DNA of 62,943 bases, the filler included, from Phoronis australis (lineage: Eukaryota; Animalia; Phoronida): the NCBI GenBank assembly GCA_002633005.1. It is 9 parts of 9 records of this genome, joined end to end, with 100 filler letters (N's around TTAATTAATTAA, not from the genome) between each part and the next. Parts side by side here need not be neighbours in the genome. Positions count along the whole stretch, not along the records: positions 39,199 to 42,997 come from NMRA01002833.1; positions 43,098 to 46,815 come from NMRA01002875.1; positions 46,916 to 49,969 come from NMRA01003254.1; positions 50,070 to 52,721 come from NMRA01003522.1; 5 more parts are not named here. One strand, written 5' to 3'. The position numbers were made by a program, and so were the translations under genes. Below, in pieces: positions 39,099 through 50,856 of the stretch. Position 1 is the first letter of the stretch. Every line of letters starts with the position of its first letter. A model generated the notes under the pieces. It ran no database searches, was not told where the DNA came from, and saw only the letters and a program-made list of their open reading frames with translations.

Positions 39099-40744
39099 NN
39101 NNNNNNNNNNNNNNNNNNNNNNNNNNNNNNNNNNNNNNNNNNTTAATTAATTAANNNNNNNNNNNNNNNNNNNNNNNNNNNNNNNNNNNNNNNNNNNNAC
39201 AAGCAACAAACAGGTTCTCAAAATACGGGACCCCTGTAAGTGACTATAGCCATCAAGTCAACAGCCAAGGAAGTAATATTGTCACTGTCAAAACAATTAA
39301 GGTTATACCAAAAGCATACCATTTAGCTGGGTTAACAATCCCAGAGTTGGCTGCCAAGGGATGGAACTAAACATCCGAGCATTGGGTGTTTTCAGCGTGT
39401 CACATTTCGGATATGATGAAACGTTACACACTAACCAACACTGCACCATAATATTCATTAGGGAATTAGTTAAAGAAGTCATATTAATGTGCTTTTTTGC
39501 ATTCCGTGTGCGTAATGTCTTGGTCACATAAAGTTTTCGTATCGATGAGTCGGTGGCACAAAAAGTGTAACAGTCTGACAATATACTATTGGAAGAGCCG
39601 ACCACATGTCAACACCAAAAATCCCCAATGTCTACAACAAATTCGATTTTAAACCACTCCATGATGCTAGACATCGGGATGGAACTCAAACTGTAGGATC
39701 AGCCGAGTGCCGTCAGGCATGTGACCAGGTTGAGTGAGATTGGGCTGAGCATTACCTGAAGAGTCCCCAAAGGACATTCTTTTTCTTCATAGCCAGATAA
39801 TACAGGGCAGCGTCCAGTGGATCCTTTTTCTCTTGAAATGATGCCTTGGCCACCTGCATAAAGATTGATAACTCTAAAGTCTAACACAAGAGGGCTCTGA
39901 TCGAATTCTAATCAAAACAGTACAATAGGCCACAGCGGTGAACAAGCAAGCAGTTGTTCAATAAGGATGAAAAGTGTGATGTCTGGGATAGTCCTGTAGA
40001 TTCCCGACATTTTGGTTCTAACCCTTGCCACTTTTCTTCGGGAATAACATCAGACCAAAAGTCGTAACTGGAAAATCACCAGTAATTACCTGTGTTACAA
40101 ACAATGTGGTCAATAAAAATCTGTATGGTTCACAAATCTTGTGATGTGAGCTTCAAATTTGTAATTAAAAGCAAAATGTTGTTAAATTTTGCATTTGTAT
40201 TAGTGAAACAGAATAGACCACCGCCATATTGTTTGTCTGCAATTCGGAGCAGTTGCTAAATGAGTGACATCACCACTTTCCGAGAAAGAGCAACACTTCT
40301 GGTAACTCTACACACAGCTGGCTGTGGGATTTGTTGTCCGATAAAAGCACCACTCACTATTAAATACCACCTCATTGTCGTGTTTCTAAATGGATCCTTT
40401 GGTTCAAGGTAGGTGGCCACTCCACAACCGTTGAAAACCTCCAAAACTTATACAGCAGACTTTGCAAATGGATTGTCAACTAGTGCCTAATATGAAAACG
40501 TTGCGTCGTCGGCTATTTCCAACGAGTTTATGAAGTGTCAAGTCTATTTTCAGAATCTAATGACACAAAACGCAGTGATATTTAAGAAATAGGATGAATG
40601 TCAAAACCACTCTTGTCCCAATCTTCAGAATCAACGGCATATACTTCAGCGTCCCAAATCTTAGACACTGTCGCAAACTGGAGAATTTTTTCCGATATCC
40701 TTTCATGTTTCAAATGGCCAGAGGCAACTTCCCACCATCCTCAC

Positions 40745-40864
40745 CTTCTCCATACACTTGCGCAACAAGTTGGTATTCATGACGATCCAACCGAAGCCGA
40801 ACTGTCTTAGCTCCGTCCACTTTGGTTCAGCCTTCTGCATGCTGGGGATCATATTCATCAACTC
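40745..40864 (-). CDS. DMXL2: DmX-like protein, exon (Rav1p_C region)
   Basis: ttgcag|GAG...AAG|gtgagg. Translation ELMNMIPSMQKAEPKWTELRQFGFGWIVMNTNLLRKCMEK. Confidence 0.88.
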
Positions 40865-41439
40865 CTGCAATCGTGCGACAGTCACGTGACTCCAGCAATT
40901 TGACAACAGGCTCTGAGAGCCACACTTCAATGTTTCAAAAAAAAAATTATTCTGAATATGATATGGTCTTAAGAGAAATGTTCATTATGCCCAGAGAGAG
41001 GGCAAACAAGAGCTTTCGATTTGTTGACATAAGGTCATAGGTCAGCAGTGCATACGTGGATGATTGGTTAGTGTAGTGGGCTCTCCACAGAAAGGTCGTG
41101 AGAGTTACTCCAGCATGAAGCTGTCATGCAGTTATACACCTGAGAAAGGCACTGAACTTTTCAGCCGCCTCGGTTGTACAAATAATTACCAGTCTTGGCT
41201 GAGATTTAAGAGACCCCAGCAGGAGAACGGGAAATTTCACAGACAACCTACTATACATAAAGATTTCATTTAATTTAATCTCTTCATTTCAACCTGCAAT
41301 TGACAACCACCTTATCCAAAGAGAGTCAATAATCTCACCAGGGTTAGCAAATGGCCCAATGAGACTGATGGCTCGAGCATTTACTTAATATGGTTTTGCT
41401 GTTAGATTAAATCTTTCATGAAACACATTTTTGACATAC

Positions 41440-41627
41440 TTCCTGTGCCTCTGAGTGGAATGCCCAGGCGATGTCAGCTGAGCTTAGGCCTTGTAATTGT
41501 GAGCGAGCCCGAATACCCAAAGACTTGGACAGATAGATATGATGCCTCATCGCCAGCAGGTAGCGCAGACCGCAATCATCCATAGCTTCGGCTGTGCCAG
41601 CATCTAGTGGGCTTTTGGTATTGGTGT
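41440..41627 (-). CDS. DMXL2: DmX-like protein, exon (Rav1p_C region)
   Basis: gccag|AC...GAA|gtatgt. Translation includes DDCGLRYLLAMR...AWAFHSEAQE. Confidence 0.9.
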
Positions 41628-42302
41628 CTGGCGAGAAGCAACAAGCGCTAGGATTCGTATGCACAACATCACGTGACTAACATGCCTAAGGTTAAGGTGA
41701 AACCAAATAAAAGTATCCACATTTTCACACAGTTTCGGAGCCGCTTGTATAAAATTTTTGTAGAATGTTCTAAAACCAGTCTTAAAGTTGGGGTGCAATA
41801 TATTACTGAGATTTCAGGGGAAATTGAAAACAATTAATTCCTGTCCCATGTGAAAATTGCATGAAATAATGACAGTATTTTCGGGTAAAACTTTACTAGG
41901 AAAAAGTTTTGCATTGAGACACCACTTAGACATGATTCTGAGTTCCATCAAATTTTGCAGGATTCATTCTGGAAAAATTTATTGGTGAGCTGACTGTTTG
42001 TTTACTCAATAAATAGCCTGTCCTTGCCCAATGTCAGTATTGCATCCTATTCTCTGTCTCATATTTATTCAGATGTTATCAGTCTCACAAAGGGCATAAG
42101 GTCTGTCAAAATATCTTACAGAACTTCTTGTGGTTCTTAATTGCCCAGGGACCCAAAATATTAGTGGAACCTGCAAAATTTCCTGGATACTGAAATACAA
42201 TGTTGGTTACATTTAAAAAATAAATGGGACGCCCAGAAGACGAGTATAGAGAGCACAAAAAGACACAATGTACATCTTCTATTCAGTCTATGAAACACTC
42301 AC

Positions 42303-42680
42303 TCTTGTTTAGAGAGACATCGGGTGAGAATCTCTCCGCAAAGTCAGTCTTGGTCCTAGCCACCGTGTCAGCCAGGGCTAACAGGTACATCTGGTCAAGG
42401 CTGGACAGTCCAGGAAGTTGAGTGTAAGTTAGGTGCTGCATGAGCGACTGCGCCTGGGCAATACCAAAGTGGTGAAGAGACTGGGGCCCGCTGGCCTGGT
42501 TGAGCGATGTGGTGCGTGGCCGGCCGGTGAAGGCACCATCTACACCATCACTAGTGCCATCATGGTCGTCGTCGTCGATGGAGTAGTTGAGGAATGTTTC
42601 CTCATCCCCATGATCGACAATGTCAGATGAAAAAAGACCCGTGTAATCCTGCTCACGCTGGTTGATAGTACCACTGGCCC
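42303..42680 (-). CDS. DMXL2: DmX-like protein (rabconnectin-3 alpha), exon
   Basis: ggcag|GG...AAGA|gtgagt. Contains HLTYTQLPGLSSLDQMYLLALADTVA, a conserved DMXL1/2 motif. Invertebrate co-ortholog of DMXL1/2. Confidence 0.9.
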
Positions 42681-43149
42681 CTGCCAAAGCATTCGAGAAT
42701 GTTAGTGAGAAATCAAACATCGAGCGATAATTCATTCATCAATGAGTGGATTATTCTCACTGTTTCAAGGTGAACAGTGCGATTATTTGAAGAAGACTGT
42801 GACTTATGCTCTGCACATCACAATATCATTTCTAACTGTTGAAGGCCAATTCAAAACATATTGCCATCGTCAAGAGCAGTTTAACTAAAAATGTGCTAGA
42901 TTTTTATAACGAGCTCTGGTTTGCACTGCACAATGTCAGAGCCTACTTAGTTCATTTGAGATAGCAGATTTCTCCATCTCAAAAGAAGGTCCTGCAGNNN
43001 NNNNNNNNNNNNNNNNNNNNNNNNNNNNNNNNNNNNNNNNNTTAATTAATTAANNNNNNNNNNNNNNNNNNNNNNNNNNNNNNNNNNNNNNNNNNNNACT
43101 GCATGGTGCTCTGTCGTATTACAATGTGCGCAGCAAACTTAACAGAGCA

Positions 43150-43585
43150 TGGCGCTGTGTCACATGACACAATGTGCTCAGCCAACTTCACACACACCTC
43201 TCTTTCACTGCATGGCACTGTCACATGACACAATGTGCACAGCCAACTTCACACACACCTCTCTTTCACTGCATGGCACTGTCACATGACACAATGTGCA
43301 CAGCCAACTTCACACACACCTCTCTTTCACTGCATGGTACTATGTCACATGACACAATGTGCACAGCCAACTTCACACACACCTCTCTTTCACTGCATGG
43401 TACTATGTCACATGACACAATGTGCTCAGCCAACTTCACACACACCTCTCTTTCACTGCACCGTACTATGTCACATGACACAATGTGCACAGCCAACTTC
43501 ACACACACCTCTCTTTCACTGCATGGCGTTTGTCACATGACACACTGTGCACAGCCAACTTCACACATACCTCTCTTTCACCGCC
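43150..43585. repeat. Minisatellite, 57-60-bp unit, ~7 copies, overlapping a Girdin exon/intron junction
   Basis: Unit ACTTCACACACACCTCTCTTTCACTGCATGG(TACTA/CAC)TGTCACATGACACAATGTGCACAGCCA. Confidence 0.95.
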
Positions 43586-43699
43586 ACCTCCGGTTGTAAC
43601 TTCTCTTCCTCATGTCTTTGTTTAAAAGCTTCATACTCAAGTTTGATGGCCTTCAACTCCTCTTGTAACTTTACGTTACGACTCTTGGACTCATCAAGT
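43571..43699 (-). CDS. CCDC88A: Girdin/Daple (CCDC88) exon
   Basis: gttcag|A...GAGAG|gtatgt. Translation RLDESKSRNVKLQEELKAIKLEYEAFKQRHEEE. Confidence 0.85.
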
Positions 43700-44557
43700 C
43701 TGAACAAGAACAAGTTGGTTAATAATCTATTTTTGCATAGTGAAATAAAGAGGCCTGTGTAGAGATACAGTACAAGACAAAAGCAATCAGACAAAATATT
43801 ATTTCACCATCACAACAACTAAATCCGTTAACAGCAAAAATGACAGGTAACAACTATAAGGGTGACAAAATTCTAATGACAGAATGGCTTGGTCACCTCA
43901 CTAATTTTCCTGTTATTTCCTCTTCATTTTCGGTCAGAAGACTACTTTGATGGTGAGTTCAGTTTCCGCCCAGCTATCATGACAGGGAATTCCAGGTTGT
44001 TTGTCTGATACTTTTGACTCTTACTGTATGATTGTATAATTTAATTCAAATACTTAACAACAATAAACAGTGACTGTTGTCAGAAAACAGTTCTAAATTT
44101 TAAATTCAGACGAGACTTTTCATTCTAATCAAAGACTTTCAATCAATTTAAATAACACCCATTTACATATTTTTAAAGCCTAAAATTCTCCGCATTATCC
44201 ATAAACAACAAGATACCAATGAGATAACAACTTAGATTGCAAATTCGAACAGTAAAAACATTAACAGTAAAATATCACCAATTTAGAACACAGTATGGCC
44301 GACAAGTGGACATTTTGTTTCTGCATTTCTTCTCTAAAGATATGTAGCATCAAATAAATATCTTTCATTTCAAAGTTCTACACTATAGCTACTACCATTG
44401 TTTTGAGATATTGTGGGCCTTCACAAGAATATCATAAGATATTGTGGCCTTCACAAGAATATCACAAGACTTTCAAAAATGAGAAAGGTTAATTTTGCCA
44501 ATTATCTTTGTCCAAGAGTGGTGAGATCTTACCGTGTATTTTGATCTATAACCATAC

Positions 44558-44647
44558 CTTGCTTCAAGTGCTGATATCTTTTCTTCTTTCATTTCTAAGC
44601 TCTTTTTCAGTTCACTTTCCAACATGTTTTCTAGAGCTTTGTAACGA
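44558..44647 (-). CDS. CCDC88A: Girdin/Daple exon
   Basis: ttttag|T...AG|gtatgg. Translation SRYKALENMLESELKKSLEMKEEKISALEA. Confidence 0.88.
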
Positions 44648-44951
44648 CTAAAACAAAAACATTATCAAGTGAGTGACAGATGATATGTAATGCATGGTCT
44701 CTCCCAAAATTATATTTGGGGGTCCTACATGCAAAGCCCTAGCAAATGTTGGTAAAAACAAACATTAATTGCTGCGATCAAACGACTAAGAGCAATGATG
44801 CTACAGCTTTTTTTGTATCATTAAATAATCCAAGAAACATGTTGACGTGAGTATATCTATTTTTAAAGAACTTTCACGAGGACTCCTCCAGAAGGACCTA
44901 TTGACAAAGTCACAGCGCAGCTCTTTTAACAAGTTCCATCACTCAGCTCAC

Positions 44952-45079
44952 CTCTCATCCTCAGCTAGTTCTGCTGCCACCAGTTTCTCCTTGTTCAGCC
45001 CAATCTTGTCGAGTTCTTGGTTGAGTTTCTCCAGTTCATTGTTCAAATGCTGTGTCTTTATCTTTTCATTCACCAGTTC
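44952..45079 (-). CDS. CCDC88A: Girdin/Daple exon
   Basis: ttgtag|GAA...AG|gtgagc. Translation ELVNEKIKTQHLNNELEKLNQELDKIGLNKEKL. Confidence 0.9.
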
Positions 45080-45645
45080 CTACAAACATCATAAATTGAA
45101 AAAATAAGGTTGTGTAGGATTCTAGATGTACTTTATTTTTCGTTCAATTTTACTAAAAATACATGGTCAATAATGGCAAATTGGTAAACAGTTCAAAATC
45201 AAACTCTAGAGGACTTCTACTTCCACAAAACCACAAAACCTACCTTTACTATGTTAAAATTGATAGCTTCGTAGATATCCAACTAAATACACTTGACAAT
45301 GAGGCCCTAAGTAACCTTAAACAGCATAATTAGAGCTTTTCCACCTTCCACTATTCTAAGGGCCAAAAACATGTATTGTGCACAAGCACTACACAAAGTT
45401 ATTAAACCTCTTCCCAATGCTCTCCTCTTTCATCAACCAGAATGTGTTTCAAAACCTCTAACTGCATTTCTTTCTTATCTGCTAATACCATTTCCAAAAT
45501 TTCACTTAAAGGGCGTATACCTTACAGTCCTATGGGGACCATAGGCGCATCATTTTCTCAACTCATGTAGCTCTGAACAATGAAAACAGTGCATTAAAGG
45601 TTAGTCCTGGTTTAGCTAATTATGAAACAATTAATTCCCACAAAC

Positions 45646-46815
45646 CTCTCTTAATGTAGCCAACGTTTTCTTGTCCGTCTGCGACCTCTGAATGAACTCC
45701 TTATTTTCTTTCTCCAGTTCCTTGACCTTGGCCCCCTTTTCATCGGATTTCTCCACGACTTTTCGTAATGCCCGTACCTCCCTCTCCAACTGAGTGACCT
45801 TGACATTGCTATCATCCAAAGATGACTCTTTCACTTCCAACGCCTTCTTCAACCGTTTATTTTCTTTCTCAAGTGAAGACTTCTCCCTATTAAGATTTCC
45901 GTTTTCAACCTCTGACTCATTCACTTCCTTTTCTAATTCGTCCACACGCCTCGCCGACACTTTCAACGTCTCAATTGTTTTGAGTAGCTTCTGATTCTCG
46001 TTATCCAATTCTCGATTCTCGCGTTCACACACCTCTACTTTCTTAACGGTAGCTTCCAAAGATTTCTGTAATTTCTGATTTGTATTTTTTGCATCCAAGA
46101 GATCAACTTCGAGTTTCGAATGTCGTTCCTGATTTGACTTTAAAGTGTCAATGCACTTCTTTAGTTGCTGAATTTCTTTACTTTTTTCATCCTTCTCAGT
46201 TTCAAGCTCAAAGATTTTAGTTAACGAGTCCTTATTGACTCCAATACTTTTCTGCAATCGTTGATTCTCAACAGTTAAGTTTATATTATCATGTTCGAGG
46301 CTTTCAAGTTTTTTCTCTAACACTTTTGTACCATCAACTGCTTTTGCCAACTTTCGATTTTCCACTTGCAAATCCGACAACTCCCGTTCCAATTTATCAT
46401 ACTTATCACACGTCAGACTTAACGTGGTAACCTCTTTTCGCAAGTCACGGTTTACTTTGTCCAATTTCCTGTTAGAATCTTCCAATTCCAACACCTTATC
46501 ACTACTCAGCGCCAACTTGTCACAGTTGTTTTTCAACTGCTTGTTACTATACTCCAGATTAGACACCTGACTTTTCATAGCTTGGACACTGTCATGCATC
46601 TCCTTGTTCTCCCTCTCCAATGCCTGCATTTTCATGTCTTGCGTCTTCTCGTTTCTCTCTCGCAGTATCTCCAGTGTCTGATTTAACTGCTCATTTTCCC
46701 GTTCCATTTCTTTCACCTGTCGTTCTGAACTCTCCCGTATTGTCTCAATTGTTCGTTCCATTTGCTCCTTCTCTCGAGTCATTTTCTGCGTTAGCTCTTC
46801 CAACTGAATATACTG
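45646..46815 (-). CDS. CCDC88A: Girdin/Daple large coiled-coil exon (5' end cut by contig end)
   Basis: Long open coiled coil ending KELEKENKE...DKKTLATLRE|gtttgt, which joins ELVNEK, the CCDC88A/C signature. Confidence 0.9.
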
Positions 46816-47276
46816 NNNNNNNNNNNNNNNNNNNNNNNNNNNNNNNNNNNNNNNNNNNNTTAATTAATTAANNNNNNNNNNNNNNNNNNNNNNNNNNNNN
46901 NNNNNNNNNNNNNNNTGCCGATTGTAGTGAGCGAATTTAACACGGTGACAGATACGCGAAGCGATTCGCTGAAGAATGCTGTCCTCGCTAACCACAGGCG
47001 TCCTCAGCTTCTGTCTGATCGCCCCCAATACACTACATATAATACTACAAGGTATGACAATCCCGAGTAGAAATTCCACGGGTGCTTCACTTCAGCCCTC
47101 CATAGCTAACATAAAACTCAATAAATGACACAAAACAAGGTTTCAACAAACCATTGGCAATTGTTCTTTCTTCCAATACCATTCATGGTGTCCTGTTCTG
47201 GAGACTTCGTAAGAAATTCGCTGTCAAAGAACAAAAATGTTCACAAAAAGCCCACACACACTTTTATCTTGGACCG

Positions 47277-47384
47277 CTCGAGGTCAAGGACGGTACGGAA
47301 GTTGCCGGTTCATCGCGTAAAGTCACGATGTCCGCCGTCCATCCGTAATTCATCGATAATTTCCGTACCGTCCTTGACCTCGAG
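47277..47384. repeat. Perfect 24-bp inverted repeat with 60-bp spacer (mini-MITE or hairpin)
   Basis: CTCGAGGTCAAGGACGGTACGGAA (47277-47300) / TTCCGTACCGTCCTTGACCTCGAG (47361-47384). Confidence 0.85.
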
Positions 47385-47660
47385 AGGAGAAAAGAAACTG
47401 GCCAATACTAGGTAACATAATATTTCATGGCGCTGAGCTGCTGAAAGCCATCATTTTACCAACACCGATAACTAACTCAAGGAAGATTGTAGTTTTTAAT
47501 AACACTAATTTTTGCCAGATTTTATTTGATCTGTTTTTTACCCACATCTGCGCAAAGCTATTTACTGCTATGTTAAGATGCTGGCATTTTGTTTCTGGCA
47601 TAACCTGTTGCTTTTTGTTTTCTTCTTTCTGCGTTTTTGAATGTTTTTCTTTGCTTGTAG

Positions 47661-47756
47661 TTCAAGGATTTCCTGCTACAGTATAACAAGATGACCGAAC
47701 ATTGCTTTGTTAGATGTGCGTCCAACTTCAACTACAGAGATTTGACAGATAACGAG
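47661..47756 (+). CDS. TIMM10B: Small Tim chaperone (Tim9/Tim10B family) internal exon
   Basis: cttgtag|TTC...GAG|gtagta, 96 bp. Translation [32 protein letters not shown] has the first CX3C; FLL..YN.MTE.CF.RC favours TIMM10B over TIMM9. Other exons not identified. Confidence 0.8.
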
Positions 47757-48224
47757 GTAGTATGAAGCTGGTCGCTATTTTCGCTATATTCAATGTATGC
47801 TTTTCTTGACCTCTTTCCCAAAAAAACAAAGAAATCTTTTGATATTTTTCCATATGAAAACAGACGTGTAAAGATGTACAAGGCATCCGTCTCATATTTT
47901 CTCTTGTCTTCCAAGTCCAGTTGCCAAAACACCTTTTAAGAAAGTGTCCTGATGTTTCAGTGGCAGATCTAGGATATCACAAGGGGGGGCCCAACATTTT
48001 GTCTGAAAACATTTGTGCAAAGCACGATTAGATGCGCATAGCACCAAATGGGGGGAGGTCGGGACGGGGGTTCGCCCCTCCCTCCCGCCCAGGAAAATTT
48101 GTCTGTTTTTTCCTCTTAAAATCAAGCATTTTCCTTGATTCCTGAAGTATTATCCAAGAAAAAAAGGCAAAGAAAAAGAAAAAAATAACATGGAGAATGT
48201 GTCATACATGAAAAACTGCACTTA

Positions 48225-48287
48225 TCACAGACTCGAACTCACGACCTGGCGGATAGAGCGCGCGTGCTTTACCACTGCACCACCACG
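48225..48287 (-). mobile_element. tRNA-derived (SINE-head-like) sequence inside a CAGTGGCAGATC-type MITE (~47958-48959)
   Basis: A box TGGTGCAGTGG and B box AGTTCGAGTC on the minus strand. No complete cloverleaf. Confidence 0.5.
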
Positions 48288-50069
48288 ATTTCACTCATAA
48301 TTTGATAATAAGAGACCTACTTGTTTATGGTCCACAGCGTTTGCGCACGAAACCTACTTTCTTTTTGTAATGCTTATTACACTTTTTATATTTTGTGCAA
48401 TCAGTTTCGTAACAAATTTGTTGTATTTAAAATAGTCTTCAAATGCCCAAAAGACCAAATCCGTTTTTTGTGTTGGCACTAATGACGCGATTGCTTTGGA
48501 AATCGTCTTAAGTTAAGGTTTGACAAAGAGAGAATTATGAGTTTCTGAGTGATTCACTAAGGCTTCGATTAAAATTCACATCTTACCAGCAGCTTCTGTT
48601 TTTTCATCGTCACTCAGCTTCCATTTTCTTTAAAAAATGAAGTAATTTTCATCATTGCACAGTGGAGCAGACGACGGAAATGGAGTCGTAGTGCGCAGCG
48701 CCACTGCTGGTCGCCTGGGATATCGCGGGAGTGCCTATACTTAGCCATAGTTTATTGAGCCGTGTTCCGAATTTGACTCTTGAAATTGGATTTGAGCCCC
48801 CCCCCACACACTAAAACTGCACACATTTAAATCTTGTTTCCGCCGTACAATGTTAATTACCGGGGTTAATTAATAAACTCAAAGTGACATTTCCCTACGC
48901 TCTTGCTGTTTTATTTTTTTGCGGCAGGGGGGCCGCCCACCCCCCTAAATCCGCATATGTATTGTTATGCTGTATGAGTTATTCATTGGTTAAGGCTGCA
49001 TAACAAAGAAAAGCATGAATCGGAAATTTCGTGTGAAACTTAAACGTTGGATAGTTTGTTTTGTGCCCCAGTGACGCGGGTTCTGTATTACGTACTCCAG
49101 CCAGCCTCCGAAACAGGCCCGTAGCCAAGGGGGTTCGATCCTCAGGGGTCTCACACTTCACCGATTTATCCACATTATTTTGAAAACGTTTTAACTGGTC
49201 ACGCATTGTGTGTCATAAAGAGTTAAGCATACCTGCAGCTGACGCAATAATTAGAACTACTCTCGTTTATCACATTGGTGTAGACTGACACTCAGTTGAA
49301 CTGTGGCTTTCTGTTGACCCCAGACCGTGCCGGAGTTGCACCATATACCAACTCCGGACGGTCTCTCACGACGATTTATCGTTATGCAGTATGTAGTAAC
49401 TCATTTAAGCACGCCCGGTTTGAAAGTTTGGCAGGGGGTAATGCGGGGACATTTTCTTTCTGCCCATCTGGGTCCCGTTCTTTGTGAGCAACTGTCAGGA
49501 CATCCTCATTTCTGGTATTACGAATTCCGTCTGATCAGTTGGGAACATAAAGCTGAGAGTCGTCGTTGTGTATATATTTTCCCTCCCCCTAGTGAAGCTG
49601 CGTCAAGGCGGGCCTTACCGAAAACTCTATAGTGTCGACCTTTGCAAAACTTTCAGTGAAATATCCGCAAATGTCGATCACCGTTCTAGAAATTCGAACA
49701 GGCACCCCCTGCGCATGCAATGCTGGCTACACGGGCCTGCAGAAGCACTGGGTTTTAAATTGTTAGCAGTACTGAATTATGCATTTGAAAATCCCTTGTC
49801 ATCAAAGAAAGGAGTCACGTTTTGCAGTGAACTTAGAAGCGTGAACAAATCGTGTGACGTGTGGTACTGTTGAGGTAATGACCTTGGCTGACCTCAGTAT
49901 CGTCTAGTTCAAATGATCCACAATTAAGATTTTGACAACTATACCATAGGCGGATTTAGGGGGGGGGCCNNNNNNNNNNNNNNNNNNNNNNNNNNNNNNN
50001 NNNNNNNNNNNNNTTAATTAATTAANNNNNNNNNNNNNNNNNNNNNNNNNNNNNNNNNNNNNNNNNNNN

Positions 50070-50856
50070 GGACGACCATTGGGTTTCCGAGTATATAGGA
50101 ACACATGGGACTTCCTATTGGATCCTATAGGATTTCTGATAGGAAATCCTATAGGATTTCGTATAGGAACCTGTGGGACTTCCTATTTGATCCGATAGCA
50201 TGTCCTATTGGATCCTATAGGAATCCTCCAGGGTTTCTATAGGAATTGTATAGGGTTTTCTACTGGATCCTATAGGATTTCCTATTCGATCCTATAGGAA
50301 ATCCAATAGGATCCTATAAGATTTCCTAAAGCTTACAATAGGAAAGCCTATAGAAATCCTTTAGGATATCCTTATGGGAAACCCTATAGGATATCCTATG
50401 GGAAACCCTATAGGAATTCGTATAAGACTTGAATATATCCAGTAGGCAGTTCAATATAGGATTCTATAGGAAGTTCAACAAGATTCTATGAAGCTATTAA
50501 CATTCGTGTATTAAGACTCGCCTGAATACTAAATTTTACAAAAATTAATGACTCAGAACTGAGAGCTGAAATTAGATAAAAACAAATCGATATTTTAATA
50601 CTTTTAGGCTATTTGTTTGTTAAAATGCTTAAAAATCCGATTTGTGATTAAATTCCTATAGGATTTTTTCAATAGGAATTCCTATAGGATATATCTTAAT
50701 CCTCTAGGAATCCTATATAGGAAATCGATATTCCTATAAGAATTCTTATAGGAATTTCTATAGGAATTCCTATAGGAAATCTATAGAAATTTCTGTAGGA
50801 TCCTATAGTAATTCCTATATGATCCTATAGGATCCTATTGAATATTTTGGTATGGG
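50070..50856. repeat. Array of palindromic CCTATAGG-core repeats; probable subterminal region of a CCC..GGG-ended (EnSpm/CACTA-like) element
   Basis: Dozens of (GGA)TCCTATAGG(A) variants in two blocks, ending abruptly at ..TTTTGGTATGGG. Confidence 0.65.

Noticed and set aside
43174-43599. Cys/His-rich repeat ORFs (metal-binding protein?)
   Set aside because: These are translations of the intronic 57/60-bp minisatellite, open in several frames only because unit lengths are multiples of 3.
49322-49365. Short hairpin AGACCGT(G)CCGGAGTTG/CAACTCCGGACGGTCT as a Helitron 3' end or terminator
   Set aside because: No CTRR terminus at the expected distance, and intrinsic terminators do not apply in animal DNA.
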